Origin: Nitrospinales bacterium | GTDB taxonomy: Bacteria; Nitrospinota_A; UBA7883; JACRGQ01 | Assembly: GCA_023248495.1 (NCBI GenBank) | Contig: JAHFEK010000006.1 | Coordinates: 2,725-66,724, forward strand | DNA length: 64,000 bases | Direction of reading: 5' to 3' | Shown here: positions 37,127 to 46,935 of the stretch, piece after piece | Layout: every line of letters begins with the position of its first letter | How positions within the stretch are numbered: the stretch's first letter is position 1 | Translations under genes and position numbers: made by a program | The notes under the pieces: generated by a model | The model's database searches: none | Told to the model about the DNA's origin: nothing | Seen by the model: only the letters and a program-made list of their open reading frames with translations

Positions 37127-39197
37127 CGGCGGCGATGGAGTGGTAAAGGATATCGGCCATCTTTTTCAGCTCGCCTTGGGTGCTGCTCAAAATCGGGAAA
37201 AGTACCGTGATGTCGCCCAGCGGGCGGACGATCAGGCCGCGCCGCCGCGCCTCCATCGCCACCGCGTGGCCGGTTCGCAGATGCGGGGCGAATGGCTCGC
37301 GCGTGTCGCGGTTTTTCACCAGCTCGATGCCGACGATCATCCCCTTGTGGCGCACATCCCCCACATGCGGCAGGTTCTCGAATTTCACCAGTTCGTCCAG
37401 CAACTGAAGGCTGCGCGCCTCCACCTGCGCCAGCATCTTCTTTTGCCGGAACATCTTTAGGCTTTCCAGCGCCACGGCGCAGGCCGGCGGATGGCCGGTG
37501 AAGGTGTGCCCGTGGAAAAAGGTTTTCTTCTCCTCATAGTCGCCCAAAAACGCCTCGTACACCTTTTCGCTGGCCATCGTGGCGGCTAGCGGCAACACCC
37601 CCGCCGCGAGGCTTTTCGAGAGCGCCATCAGATCCGGCTGCACCTCTTCGTGTTCGCAGGCGAACATCTTGCCGGTGCGGCCAAAGCCGACCGCCACCTC
37701 GTCCGCTATCATCAGTATGCCAAAGCGGTCGCATACCTCGCGCGCTTTCTTCAGATAGCCATGCGGCGCGGTGACGATGCCGCCGGGGCATTGCACTATC
37801 GGCTCGATGATGAGCGCGGCGATCTTTTCGTGGTGCATCTCGGCCATCCGCTCCAGTTCCCCCGCGCAGGCGAGCGCGCAGTCGGGATACGTTTTGCCCA
37901 GCGGACAGCGGTAACAGTGCGGCGCGGGGGCGAAAAAAACGTCCGCCAAAAGCGGCCCAAACACGCGGCGGTAGAGATCGACCCCGCCCACCGCGACGGC
38001 CCCCAGCGTATCGCCGTGGTACGCGCCGCCGATTGCCAAAAATTTGGTCTTCTTCGATTTTTTCCCCAGCGTGTTGCGGAAATACTGCACCGACATTTTC
38101 AACGCCACTTCCACCGCGGTGGATCCGTTGTCGCTATAAAAAACGCGCGTGAGACTATGCGGCGTTATCTCCGCCAGCCGATGCGCCAGCTCTATGGCGG
38201 GGCGGTTGGAAAGCCCCAAAAAGGTGGCGTGATCCAGCCGGGCCGCCTGCTTGGCCAATGCGCGGGTAAGGCGCGGGTGCCCGTGGCCGTGCACGTTCAC
38301 CCAATAGCTGGAATGCCCGTCGTAATACCCCTCGCCTTCCAGCCCGGTGAGCCGGACGCCGTTGCCACGGCTGACAATGAGCATCGGCTCCTTTTCCCAC
38401 TCGCGCATCTGGGTAAATGGATGCCACACATGCTGGCGATCCATCCGTTCCAGCCGCTGCTGAAGTTGGGGGGCGTTTTCACGGTCGATGTATTCCACCA
38501 GTTTCGCGCTATCGAAACTATTTGCCGCGGCACGGCGCAATTCGGCGTAATCGGGAGTTTTACGCGCGAGGCCCTTGCAATAGGGGAGCACGCCCCACAC
38601 CGGAACATTGCAGTTTTTCTCAAGGAATTTCAGGTCAACCGGCGGGTTGTCCTTTGGATCGTTCTCCACCACCACAATACCGGCTATTTCCACGCCATAG
38701 GTCTCGGCGGCCAACACGGTGGCGAGCGTCTGGTGAATCATCCCCAGCTTTGAACTGGTGACGATCACGGCGGGGATGTTGAGCATCTTGATGACATCGG
38801 CCCAAAACAGTTCGTCGGTAAGCGGCGTCATGAGGCCCCCGGCCCCTTCCACGATCACCATGTTGCGCTGTTCGGAAAGGGATCGGAATGCGTTGACGAT
38901 CCGCGCCGGTTCGATGCGGCGGTTTTCGGCCAGCGCCGCGTGATAGGGGGCAAGCGGCAGCGAAAAGGCATAGGGCATGGCGAGGTCATCCTTATCGCCC
39001 GTCCCGGCCATCATGCGCATAAATTCAAGGTCGGACGAAACGGCTTTTCCCCCCTGTACCGGCGCGCCGGTCTGGATCGGCTTCATCACCGCCACGTCGT
39101 ACCACTCTTCCGCCAGCAGATGCGCCAATGCGCCAGCCACCACGGTTTTGCCGACGCCGGTGCCGGTGCCGGTGACAAACAACCCCTTGTGCTTCAT
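37107..39197 (-). CDS. bioA: Fused dethiobiotin synthase / DAPA aminotransferase (BioD-BioA)
   Basis: N-terminal FVTGTGTGVGKT, MKPIQTG and VEGAGG (BioD); C-terminal VWHPFTQM, DNGSTAVEVALK, YHGDTLG, DEVAVGFGRTG and FFHGHTF (BioA). Both are in one ORF. Confidence 0.95.
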   Translation of the reverse strand: MKHKGLFVTGTGTGVGKTVVAGALAHLLAEEWYDVAVMKPIQTGAPVQGGKAVSSDLEFMRMMAGTGDKDDLAMPYAFSLPLAPYHAALAENRRIEPARIVNAFRSLSEQRNMVIVEGAGGLMTPLTDELFWADVIKMLNIPAVIVTSSKLGMIHQTLATVLAAETYGVEIAGIVVVENDPKDNPPVDLKFLEKNCNVPVWGVLPYCKGLARKTPDYAELRRAAANSFDSAKLVEYIDRENAPQLQQRLERMDRQHVWHPFTQMREWEKEPMLIVSRGNGVRLTGLEGEGYYDGHSSYWVNVHGHGHPRLTRALAKQAARLDHATFLGLSNRPAIELAHRLAEITPHSLTRVFYSDNGSTAVEVALKMSVQYFRNTLGKKSKKTKFLAIGGAYHGDTLGAVAVGGVDLYRRVFGPLLADVFFAPAPHCYRCPLGKTYPDCALACAGELERMAEMHHEKIAALIIEPIVQCPGGIVTAPHGYLKKAREVCDRFGILMIADEVAVGFGRTGKMFACEHEEVQPDLMALSKSLAAGVLPLAATMASEKVYEAFLGDYEEKKTFFHGHTFTGHPPACAVALESLKMFRQKKMLAQVEARSLQLLDELVKFENLPHVGDVRHKGMIVGIELVKNRDTREPFAPHLRTGHAVAMEARRRGLIVRPLGDITVLFPILSSTQGELKKMADILYHSIAAVTGDFA

Positions 39198-39967
39198 TCG
39201 CGCTCCCCTTCAAAATAGGCTATTTCCCAGGTTGCCGTGATGCCGCCGCCCGCCGCCGGGTAGTAGCGGCGCGTTTTGGCAAGGATATCGCGGCGCGGCG
39301 CGTTTTCCGGCCTGCCGGCCGCGGCGGCGCCGGTACCCTTGAGCGCGGCGAAAAGCTCATCCACACCGGCATAACGCCGGACGGCGGTTTCACGTTCCCA
39401 GCGGACGCGGCGGAATCCCTCCCGCTTCATAAGAGCCTCCAGCCGCGCGGGAGCGGCGAGCGGTAAAAAATTCGCCGTGCGGCCGGTACATTCCAGACAG
39501 GCGGCGGCATAAGCTTCACGCAACTCCGCCAGCGTCCCCTCCGCCAGCGTGGCGAAAAAAAGCCGGCCGCCGGGACGCAGCACGCGGGCGGTGCCGGCAA
39601 AAAAACCCGGCTCGGCGGCGGCCCACTGGAAGGCAAGCGATGAAACCGCCGCGTCGAACGCCCCATCGCGGAACGGCAGGCGCGCCGCGTCGGCCACCGC
39701 CACCGCCCGTATCCCCGCGTTGCGCGATTCGCGCGCCATCGGCAACGCGATGTCGATGGCGCACACGCGGGCGGCGGGCCAGCGGTGCGCGGCGTCAATC
39801 GACGTGAACCCTGTGCCGCAGCCTATATCAAGCAGGCGGCCCGGCGGCTCCGGCAATTGGGCGAATTCGGCCACCAAGCGGCGCGATACCTCTTTTTGCA
39901 GCGCGGCGTGACGCGTATAGGTGCGCGCGCCGCGGGCAAACGAATTTTTTATCCGGGCCGGAATCAT
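39194..39967 (-). CDS. bioC: Malonyl-ACP O-methyltransferase BioC
   Basis: SFARGARTY..HA.LQ, LDIGCGTG, SSLAFQW and GTLAEL motifs, in a bio operon context. Confidence 0.88.
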   Translation of the reverse strand: MIPARIKNSFARGARTYTRHAALQKEVSRRLVAEFAQLPEPPGRLLDIGCGTGFTSIDAAHRWPAARVCAIDIALPMARESRNAGIRAVAVADAARLPFRDGAFDAAVSSLAFQWAAAEPGFFAGTARVLRPGGRLFFATLAEGTLAELREAYAAACLECTGRTANFLPLAAPARLEALMKREGFRRVRWERETAVRRYAGVDELFAALKGTGAAAAGRPENAPRRDILAKTRRYYPAAGGGITATWEIAYFEGERE

Positions 39968-40743
39968 TCCAAAAATGTCTCCAACACGCGGTTAAAAAAC
40001 TCCGGCCGGGTAAGAAACGGCGCGTGGCCGCAACCCGGAGCAAGAACGATGTTCGCGCGTGACGTTAGTAACCCCGACCATACCCCCGTTACCTCCACCG
40101 GGATAATTCTATCACCCCGCCCGTGGACTATCAAAGATTGAACGGCGAGCCGCCGCAGTTCTTCACGGATATCGGCCGCGTGAAGGTCGGCGAGCAGATC
40201 AAGAACCGACGCGCGATCCGGCGGGTGTGCGAATACAAGTTCCCCGATCGCCGCCCGGTCATCCGGTGAAAGGACTTCGCCGTGAACAAAGAATGCAAGG
40301 ATGGATTCGCGCAGGGTGTTTTCGAAGTCGGTGGCCATCTGCCGCGCAAACCATTTGGTCTTGCCGGCGGGGGTGCCCCAGCGGTCGTCTTTCGATGGCG
40401 CGGTAAAACAGGGAGTGCCGGAAACAAGCGCCAGCTTCGCCACCCGCGCGGGGTTCAACAACGCCGCATGGCAAACTGCCTGCGTGCCAAGCGACCAGCC
40501 GATGAGCGCCGCCCCTTTCAATTGTTCTTCGTCGAGAAAGCGGGCCACCTCCTCCCCGCAACGGCGGATGGTGAGCGGCTCTTCCAGCGGCGCGCTTAAT
40601 CCGTGGCCGGGAAGATCCACGGCGAAAACGCGGTGGGAAGGGGCGAAGTAATCGAGCTGCTTTTTCCAGACCGCGCCGCTCATCGCCCAGCCGTGGACGA
40701 AAACGAGCGGTGTGCCCCGTTCGCCGCCGCGCCGGACGTTCAT
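39964..40743 (-). CDS. bioH: Pimeloyl-ACP methyl ester esterase BioH-like alpha/beta hydrolase
   Basis: HGWAM...W, DLPGHG, GWSLG nucleophile elbow and GHAPFL motif; adjacent to bioC. Confidence 0.85.
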   Translation of the reverse strand: MNVRRGGERGTPLVFVHGWAMSGAVWKKQLDYFAPSHRVFAVDLPGHGLSAPLEEPLTIRRCGEEVARFLDEEQLKGAALIGWSLGTQAVCHAALLNPARVAKLALVSGTPCFTAPSKDDRWGTPAGKTKWFARQMATDFENTLRESILAFFVHGEVLSPDDRAAIGELVFAHPPDRASVLDLLADLHAADIREELRRLAVQSLIVHGRGDRIIPVEVTGVWSGLLTSRANIVLAPGCGHAPFLTRPEFFNRVLETFLE

Positions 40744-41210
40744 TTATTTATCTTGTACTGGCGCTCCGTTTCCCGGTCGAGCGCCCTATTCTTCAGCGTT
40801 TCGCGTTTATCGTGCATCTTTTTTCCACGGCCAAGGCCAAGTTCCACCTTGGCGTAGTGCCGCTTGAAATAGATTTTTAACGGCAGGAGCGTAAGCCCCT
40901 TCTCCTGCGTTTTCTCGATGAGCTTCATCATCTGGTTTTTGTGCAGCAGCAACTTGCGGGGGCGGGTCGGCTCGTGGTTCTGCACATTGCCGTGGGAGTA
41001 CTCGCTGATATGCAACTTTTCCAGATACAGCTCGCCGCGCCGTTCGTTGGCGTAGGCATCCCCCATCTGCACGCTCCCCTCGCGCAGGGCCTTCACCTCG
41101 GTACCCTGCAAGACAAGGCCGGCCTCGACGGTTTCCATAATTTCATAGTTGTGGTACGCCTTGCGGTTCGTCGCCACGATTTTTATGCCATCGGTATCTT
41201 TTTGCTTCAT
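40740..41210 (-). CDS. smpB: SsrA-binding protein
   Basis: NRKAYHNY, EAGLVLQGTEVKALR, RKLLLHK and GKKMHDKR motifs. Confidence 0.97.
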   Translation of the reverse strand: MKQKDTDGIKIVATNRKAYHNYEIMETVEAGLVLQGTEVKALREGSVQMGDAYANERRGELYLEKLHISEYSHGNVQNHEPTRPRKLLLHKNQMMKLIEKTQEKGLTLLPLKIYFKRHYAKVELGLGRGKKMHDKRETLKNRALDRETERQYKINK

Positions 41211-41267
41211 ACGGCAATTCTATCCGGTTTGTGCGCGATAAGGGGAATGGCGGGGAAAAAAAGCGGG

Positions 41268-42338
41268 TTACGGCTTTTCGTAAGGAAGAACTTTGGCCGC
41301 GATGCGCTCTTTCTGGCCGAATTCCGCGGCGGCCGCGTCCGCTTCTTCCCGCGTGGTGTAAGCGCCCATCATCACCCGGTACCAGGTGTTTTTGGTCGAC
41401 TCCTTTTTCAGGTAGTAGGCTTGGTGCCCCTTTTTCATGATGGCGGCAACACGGTTTTTCGCGTCGGCCTCGCTTGCCACCGTTTCAACCAAAAGGGCGA
41501 ATTTCGGCTCGGCCACGGCCGGTTCGGCTGCTTTTGGCTCCGCCGCCTTCGGCGCGGCGGGGATTGGCGCGGCCGGGGCTTCAATCGTTACCGGCGCGGG
41601 CGGCACGGTATCAGGCATTATCTCGGTGCTGAAAGATGACGCTCCCGGCTTGTTCTCCAGCTTGCCGGTTACGGCGCCGCTGACCGGCGCTTCACCGGTT
41701 ACTTTGGCCGCTTTGCGCGGTTCCGCTTTCGGGGCGGCATTTATCTTCTTAACATCCACCTGCTTCTGAAGCGGTTCCAGCGTTTTGCGCTGACGGGGAT
41801 ACACCCTCTTCTTTTTCACCTTTTCGTGTTTGGCCTTATTTGCTTTTTTCGGCTCGGCGTTTTTTTCTTCTATTTTGACGGTCGGCTTGGAGGCGGTTTT
41901 TTCAATGATGGCGCCGGTGGAAGGGGCCGGTGCGGCGGGGGCCGCCGCGCCCTTCTGCTGAGCGGCAGCCGCCGGTGGAGCGGGAACCGGCGCCGCCGCG
42001 CTTTTCTGCGGAACGGCTTCAGCTTTTTTTTCGGCCTTCTGCCTAAGCTCTTCATCAGGGGTTTGCGGCACCTGCTTGGGCAGGGTTCCTTCCAGTTTGC
42101 TTAATTCCTCTTTTTTGGCCCCATCGGGAAGCGGCATTTCTGTCGCCTGTTCGGCGGGCGGAGCTTCCACCTTTGTTTGCTCCTCCAGCTTGGCTTCGTT
42201 CTTTTTTGTTAAAAAACCAAGCGCCAAGGCCAGCACCACAATGGCGGCAATACTGCCGACAATAACGGTAAGCTGTGTTTTGGAGAAATTCAACTTGTCG
42301 GGGCTATCCCCCTGATCGTCGCTGTTTTTTGGTGGCAT
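41268..42338 (-). CDS. SPOR domain-containing membrane protein
   Basis: Single TM segment, Pro/Ala/Lys-rich linker and C-terminal SPOR (WYRVMMGAYTTREEA); follows argS, a common arrangement. Confidence 0.85.
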   Translation of the reverse strand: MPPKNSDDQGDSPDKLNFSKTQLTVIVGSIAAIVVLALALGFLTKKNEAKLEEQTKVEAPPAEQATEMPLPDGAKKEELSKLEGTLPKQVPQTPDEELRQKAEKKAEAVPQKSAAAPVPAPPAAAAQQKGAAAPAAPAPSTGAIIEKTASKPTVKIEEKNAEPKKANKAKHEKVKKKRVYPRQRKTLEPLQKQVDVKKINAAPKAEPRKAAKVTGEAPVSGAVTGKLENKPGASSFSTEIMPDTVPPAPVTIEAPAAPIPAAPKAAEPKAAEPAVAEPKFALLVETVASEADAKNRVAAIMKKGHQAYYLKKESTKNTWYRVMMGAYTTREEADAAAAEFGQKERIAAKVLPYEKP

Positions 42339-42371
42339 ACTGGCGGTATTCTAGCCTAATTCCATCGGAAG

Positions 42372-44027
42372 TTACATCTTTTCGGGAGCCGAAACCCCTA
42401 ACAGTTCAAGGCCGTTTTTCAACACCGTGCGGATACGCGCCGCCAGCGCCAACCGCGCGGCGGTCAACGCGGCGTCATCGCTCAATACCCGGTTGCCTGT
42501 GTAATACTTGTGCCAGGCGCTCGCCAACTCCGTTAAATAATGGGTGGTGGCATGCGGGGCCAGCCCCTTGGCGGCGTCTTCCACCATCGCCGGAAAAAAG
42601 AGCGCTTTCTTAATGACCCGCAGATCGTCCTCTTGATTGAGCAACGCCCAGTTGGGCGCGGCGGTAATCGGATCAACGCCGCGCTCCGCCGCCGTTTTGA
42701 ATATGTTGCTTATCCGCGCGTGGGCGTATTGCACGTAGTAGACGGGATTTTCGTTGCTTTGGCTCTTGGCCAGATCCACGTCGAACTCCAGCTGCGCATC
42801 GTAACCGCGGGTGAGGAACGTAAAGCGGCAGGCATCCACCCCCACCTCGTCCACCACTTCCTTCAATTCCGTGAACTTGCCGGATCGGGTGGACATGGCG
42901 ACAACCTGGCCCCCTTTTTTAAGCGAAACAATCTGGATGAGCAACGGCTGGAGCGAATCGGGATCTTTCCCCAGCGCCTTCGCGGCGGCCTTCATCCGCG
43001 CCACATACCCGTGGTGGTCGGCCCCCCAAATATCGATCAGCCGGGTGAAACCGCGTGCGTACTTATCGTCGTGATAGGCGATGTCCGCCGCGAGGTAGGT
43101 GGTGATGCCGTTGGCCCGCTTCACCACGCGGTCCTTTTCGTCCCCCGCCAGCTCGATGGTCTTCAGCCAGAGCGCTCCGTCCTTTTCATAGATGGCGCCA
43201 TGCTGTTTCAGGTGTTCGATTGTTTTTTCCACCGCGCCGGATTCGTGAAAGCTTTTTTCGCTGGCCCAGTTATCAAAGTTGACCCGGAAATTAATCAGGT
43301 CTTTCTTAATGTCATCAAGGATTTTATCGGCGGTATACGTGGTGAAAAAGGGGAGCGCGGCGGCGGCGCTTTGCTTCAAAAACGCATCGCCGTGCGCGTC
43401 CTTTATCTCCTGCGCGATATCGCGGATATAAAGGCCCTGGTAACTGTTTTCCAGCAGGGCATCGTCTTGGCCGAAAAGCTGCTTGTAGCGGATCAGCGTG
43501 CTGCGCCCAAGGTTCTCCATCTGGAGGCCGGTGTCGTTGGTGTAGTACTCGGCGGTGACATCGTAACCCGCCTTTTTTAGCAGGCGGGCCAACGCGTCGC
43601 CCACCGCCGCGCCCCGCCCGTGGCCGATGTGCAGCGGGCCGGTCGGATTGGCGCTGACAAATTCCACCAGCACCTTTTCGCCAGGCACCGGCGGCAGGGT
43701 GCCGAAATCGGCATTGTCGGCGGGAACTTTTGTAAATTCTTCCAGCCACTTCTCCGGCGTAACCGTCATGTTGATGAAGCCGGGACCGGCAATACCGACG
43801 GCGGTAAACAGCGGGTGTCCCTTCAGCGTGGCGGCCAGCTCTTCCGCTATTTTACGCGGGTTGCTTTTCAGCGGCTTCGTCATAACCATCGCGGCATTGG
43901 TGGAAAAATCGCCGAACTTTTCTTCGGGCACCTCGATGGCAATATACGGCAATTCACCGTTAAACCCGGCCTTTTTGGCCACCGGGGCAAGCGCTTCCAT
44001 CACCGCATCGCGTACAGCTTTTCTCAT
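42372..44027 (-). CDS. argS: Arginine--tRNA ligase
   Basis: VEFVSANPTGPLHIGHGRGA, GADHHGY, MSTRSG and YYVQYAHARI motifs. Confidence 0.98.
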   Translation of the reverse strand: MRKAVRDAVMEALAPVAKKAGFNGELPYIAIEVPEEKFGDFSTNAAMVMTKPLKSNPRKIAEELAATLKGHPLFTAVGIAGPGFINMTVTPEKWLEEFTKVPADNADFGTLPPVPGEKVLVEFVSANPTGPLHIGHGRGAAVGDALARLLKKAGYDVTAEYYTNDTGLQMENLGRSTLIRYKQLFGQDDALLENSYQGLYIRDIAQEIKDAHGDAFLKQSAAAALPFFTTYTADKILDDIKKDLINFRVNFDNWASEKSFHESGAVEKTIEHLKQHGAIYEKDGALWLKTIELAGDEKDRVVKRANGITTYLAADIAYHDDKYARGFTRLIDIWGADHHGYVARMKAAAKALGKDPDSLQPLLIQIVSLKKGGQVVAMSTRSGKFTELKEVVDEVGVDACRFTFLTRGYDAQLEFDVDLAKSQSNENPVYYVQYAHARISNIFKTAAERGVDPITAAPNWALLNQEDDLRVIKKALFFPAMVEDAAKGLAPHATTHYLTELASAWHKYYTGNRVLSDDAALTAARLALAARIRTVLKNGLELLGVSAPEKM

Positions 44028-44143
44028 AGGGTGCTCATTATCGCCAATTTGGACGGTGAAGGCAAAAGAAGTTGCCCCCTTCGGGGGCAAGCACAGACTG
44101 AAGTCTATGCTACCCGGAAAAAAGGTACAATACGCGGACGATA

Positions 44144-44791
44144 ATGAAAAAATTTATTCCGCTCACGGTATTCGCCATCGCCTTCGGGCTGGTGGAGGCG
44201 GCGGTGGTTGTGTACACCCGCTGGCTCTATTACCCAAACGGCTTCGCCTTTCCGGTGAGCATGCCCCCGCTGGCGTTCCTAAAAGTGGAGCTTTGGCGCG
44301 AGTTGGCGACGCTGGCCATGCTGGGCGCGGCGGGCGCGATGGCCGGGCGCGGCGGCTGGCAAAAATTTGGTTTCTTCATGTGGGCGTTCGGCGTATGGGA
44401 CCTTTTCTATTACCTCTGGCTAAACCTCTTCATCGGCTGGCCCGCATCGCTGTTCGACCCGGACATCCTGTTCCTCGTGCCGGTCACGTGGTGGGGGCCG
44501 GTGCTCTCGCCCTGCATCGTCGCGGTTTCCATGTGCGCGGCGGCGCTGATAATCGTGCGGCGCGGCGAGGCGGAACAAATGCCCGTACTAAAACCGCTCG
44601 ACGTAATCGGCGTTGCCATCGGCGCGTGCATCATCCTTTACACCTACATGGCGGATGCCGCCATCATCACGGCGGGCGGAATGCCGCCGCCATACCGTTG
44701 GGGCATTTTCTGGATTGGCGAGCTTGCGGGCGCCGCCGCCTTTATTAAACTGCTCTCGAGGAAGCCGGATGGACGAAGCGCTGCTGGTTGA
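44144..44791 (+). CDS. Hypothetical integral membrane protein
   Basis: About six hydrophobic segments; ELWRELAT...WDLFYY...DILFLVPVTWWGPV. Confidence 0.8.
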   Translation: MKKFIPLTVFAIAFGLVEAAVVVYTRWLYYPNGFAFPVSMPPLAFLKVELWRELATLAMLGAAGAMAGRGGWQKFGFFMWAFGVWDLFYYLWLNLFIGWPASLFDPDILFLVPVTWWGPVLSPCIVAVSMCAAALIIVRRGEAEQMPVLKPLDVIGVAIGACIILYTYMADAAIITAGGMPPPYRWGIFWIGELAGAAAFIKLLSRKPDGRSAAG

Positions 44792-45527
44792 ACGCCTCCA
44801 CGCCGCGCGGTGGCAGGAGATCATTATTCTCGACGAGGTGGCAAGCACCAACGGCTACGCCCTGCAAATGTTGGCGGAGGGAACGCTGCGCGATGGAGCG
44901 GTTATAATCGCCGATCGCCAAACGGCGGGACGCGGCCGATTCAAACGCGCGTGGTTTTCTGGCGGCGGGCTGGCGTTTACCGTGGTGATAGTCAGCCCGG
45001 AGTTGCCGCACCGCATCGGCCCCATCACGCTGAACACCGGTGTGGCGGTGGCAAAGGGATTGAAAGCCGCCACCGGGCGCGATTTTTATTTGAAGTATCC
45101 CAACGACGTGATGAGTGAAAAAGAGAACGGTAAAAAGATAGCCGGGATTTTGGTGGAAATGAAACCCGCTCAAGGAGGGACGGCGCTCATCATCGGCATT
45201 GGCGTGAATGTGGGGCAGAATCAGTTTCCTGATGAGTTGCAATCGACCGCCGCCAGCCTGCGCCAGTTGGGGTTTAATGCGGGACGGGAAGCGGTGGCGG
45301 CGGAAATCCTCAATGTGCTGCAAGCCGATCTCGAACGGCCGTTTTGCGATTTGCGGCAAGAGTGGCTTAATATGGATTGCACCATTGGTAAGCAGGTGCG
45401 GATAAAAAATCTCAAAGTGGACATCAAAGGAACCGCCGCCGGACTGGATGACAACGGCGCGTTGCTGGTGAGCACCGCGCGCGGCATGGAACGGGTCACC
45501 GCCGGCGACGTACTTTTCGGGGAGTAA
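44769..45527 (+). CDS. birA: Biotin--[acetyl-CoA carboxylase] ligase (no HTH domain)
   Basis: STN, QTAGRGR, LKYPND, KIAGIL and GIGVNV motifs. Confidence 0.93.
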   Translation: MDEALLVERLHAARWQEIIILDEVASTNGYALQMLAEGTLRDGAVIIADRQTAGRGRFKRAWFSGGGLAFTVVIVSPELPHRIGPITLNTGVAVAKGLKAATGRDFYLKYPNDVMSEKENGKKIAGILVEMKPAQGGTALIIGIGVNVGQNQFPDELQSTAASLRQLGFNAGREAVAAEILNVLQADLERPFCDLRQEWLNMDCTIGKQVRIKNLKVDIKGTAAGLDDNGALLVSTARGMERVTAGDVLFGE

Positions 45528-45532
45528 ACAAA

Positions 45533-46297
45533 ATGCTGATTGCCTTCGATATTGGAAACACCAACACCGTGGCGGGAGTTTTTAACAAGAATGCCCTTCG
45601 CTATAAATTCCGTTATCACACCAGTAACATCGAGACGGCGGACGAACTGGCCTTGAAAATCAGTATGTTGCTCAAAGATAAAGAGATCGACAAAGGGGAC
45701 ATTACCGCCGTCATCGTCTGTTCGGTGGTGCCCACTCTTACCGGGGCGTACATCGATATCGCCAAGCCGCTCTTTGGAGCCAATCCCATAGTAGTGGGTC
45801 CAAGGGTGAAAACCGGGATAGCCCTCCTGTACGATAACCCGCATGAAGTGGGGGCCGATCGAATTGCCAACACCGTCGGCGGCTTCGTCAAATATGGCGG
45901 ACCGCTCATTGTGGTGGACCTCGGCACCGCAATAACCTTCGACGCGGTATCGGCGAAAGGCGAATATTTGGGGGGCGTCATCGCACCCGGGATTGACACT
46001 TCTATGGCCTCACTCTCCAAACGCGCGGCACAACTGCCGCAGGTGGGGCTGGATAAACCTACCAAAGTCATCGGAAAAAACACTGTGGCGGCCATGCAAA
46101 GCGGCGCGGTCTTCGGTTTTTGCGGATTGATCGATACGATCGCGCGAAAAATGCAAAAAGAAATGGGGGGAAACCCCAAAGTGGTTGCGACCGGCGGCCA
46201 AAGCTATTGGTTGAAAGAGGTAAGCGAAACCATCGAGGCTGTCGATCCCGACCTTACACTCTTTGGACTTTTGGAAATATGGAAGCGGAATCGGTAA
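45533..46297 (+). CDS. coaX: Type III pantothenate kinase
   Basis: DIGNTNT, EVGADR, VVDLGTAITFD, GGVIAPG and ATGG motifs. Confidence 0.96.
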   Translation: MLIAFDIGNTNTVAGVFNKNALRYKFRYHTSNIETADELALKISMLLKDKEIDKGDITAVIVCSVVPTLTGAYIDIAKPLFGANPIVVGPRVKTGIALLYDNPHEVGADRIANTVGGFVKYGGPLIVVDLGTAITFDAVSAKGEYLGGVIAPGIDTSMASLSKRAAQLPQVGLDKPTKVIGKNTVAAMQSGAVFGFCGLIDTIARKMQKEMGGNPKVVATGGQSYWLKEVSETIEAVDPDLTLFGLLEIWKRNR

Positions 46298-46298
46298 G

Positions 46299-46883
46299 GT
46301 GATAAAAAATATCTGCGTGTTTTGCGGATCCGGCGCGGGAACCCGTCCCGCTTACTCCATCAACGCCCGCCGCCTCGGCGCGCTCATTGTCCAACGGGGC
46401 ATGGGGCTTGTATACGGAGGGGCCGACATCGGCCTGATGCGCGATGTGGCGGAAGGAGCTTTGTGGGAAAGCGGGAACGTTACCGGCATCATTCCCGCCG
46501 GCCTTGTCGAGAAGGAGATACAACACCGGGCCCTAACCCAGCTGCTGGTGGTAAACAACATGCACCAGCGCAAAGCGAAGATGGCCGATTTGTCAGAAGC
46601 CTTCATCGCGCTCCCCGGAGGCCTTGGCACGCTGGAGGAGTTTTTCGAGGTGCTTTCGTGGGCGCAACTCGGCTTGCACAAAAAGCCGTGCGCCCTGCTA
46701 AATGTGGAAGGATACTACGACGGCCTCATTGCTTTTTTGGATCACGCGGTGGAACATAAGTTCATCTCTCCCCCGCACCGGCAACTCGTGTTGATGGAAA
46801 AAACCCCCGAAGCGGTCTTGGACGCCATCGCCGCCTACCAGCCTCCCGCCATCGACCTCTGGATCAAACGGGGCGAAACATAA
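46299..46883 (+). CDS. LOG family nucleotide monophosphate nucleosidase (TIGR00730-like)
   Basis: ICVFCGS, LVYGG, MHQRK and PGGLGTLEE motifs. Confidence 0.93.
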   Translation: MIKNICVFCGSGAGTRPAYSINARRLGALIVQRGMGLVYGGADIGLMRDVAEGALWESGNVTGIIPAGLVEKEIQHRALTQLLVVNNMHQRKAKMADLSEAFIALPGGLGTLEEFFEVLSWAQLGLHKKPCALLNVEGYYDGLIAFLDHAVEHKFISPPHRQLVLMEKTPEAVLDAIAAYQPPAIDLWIKRGET

Positions 46884-46913
46884 AAAAAGCCCGCGGGGAT
46901 TAATCCCGCGGGC
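46882..46913 (-). terminator. Intrinsic terminator of the carbonic anhydrase gene
   Basis: On the minus strand, a GCCCGCGGG...CCCGCGGGC stem is followed by T7. Confidence 0.75.
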
Positions 46914-46935
46914 GGTCTGATCGGCGCAAAGCGGC

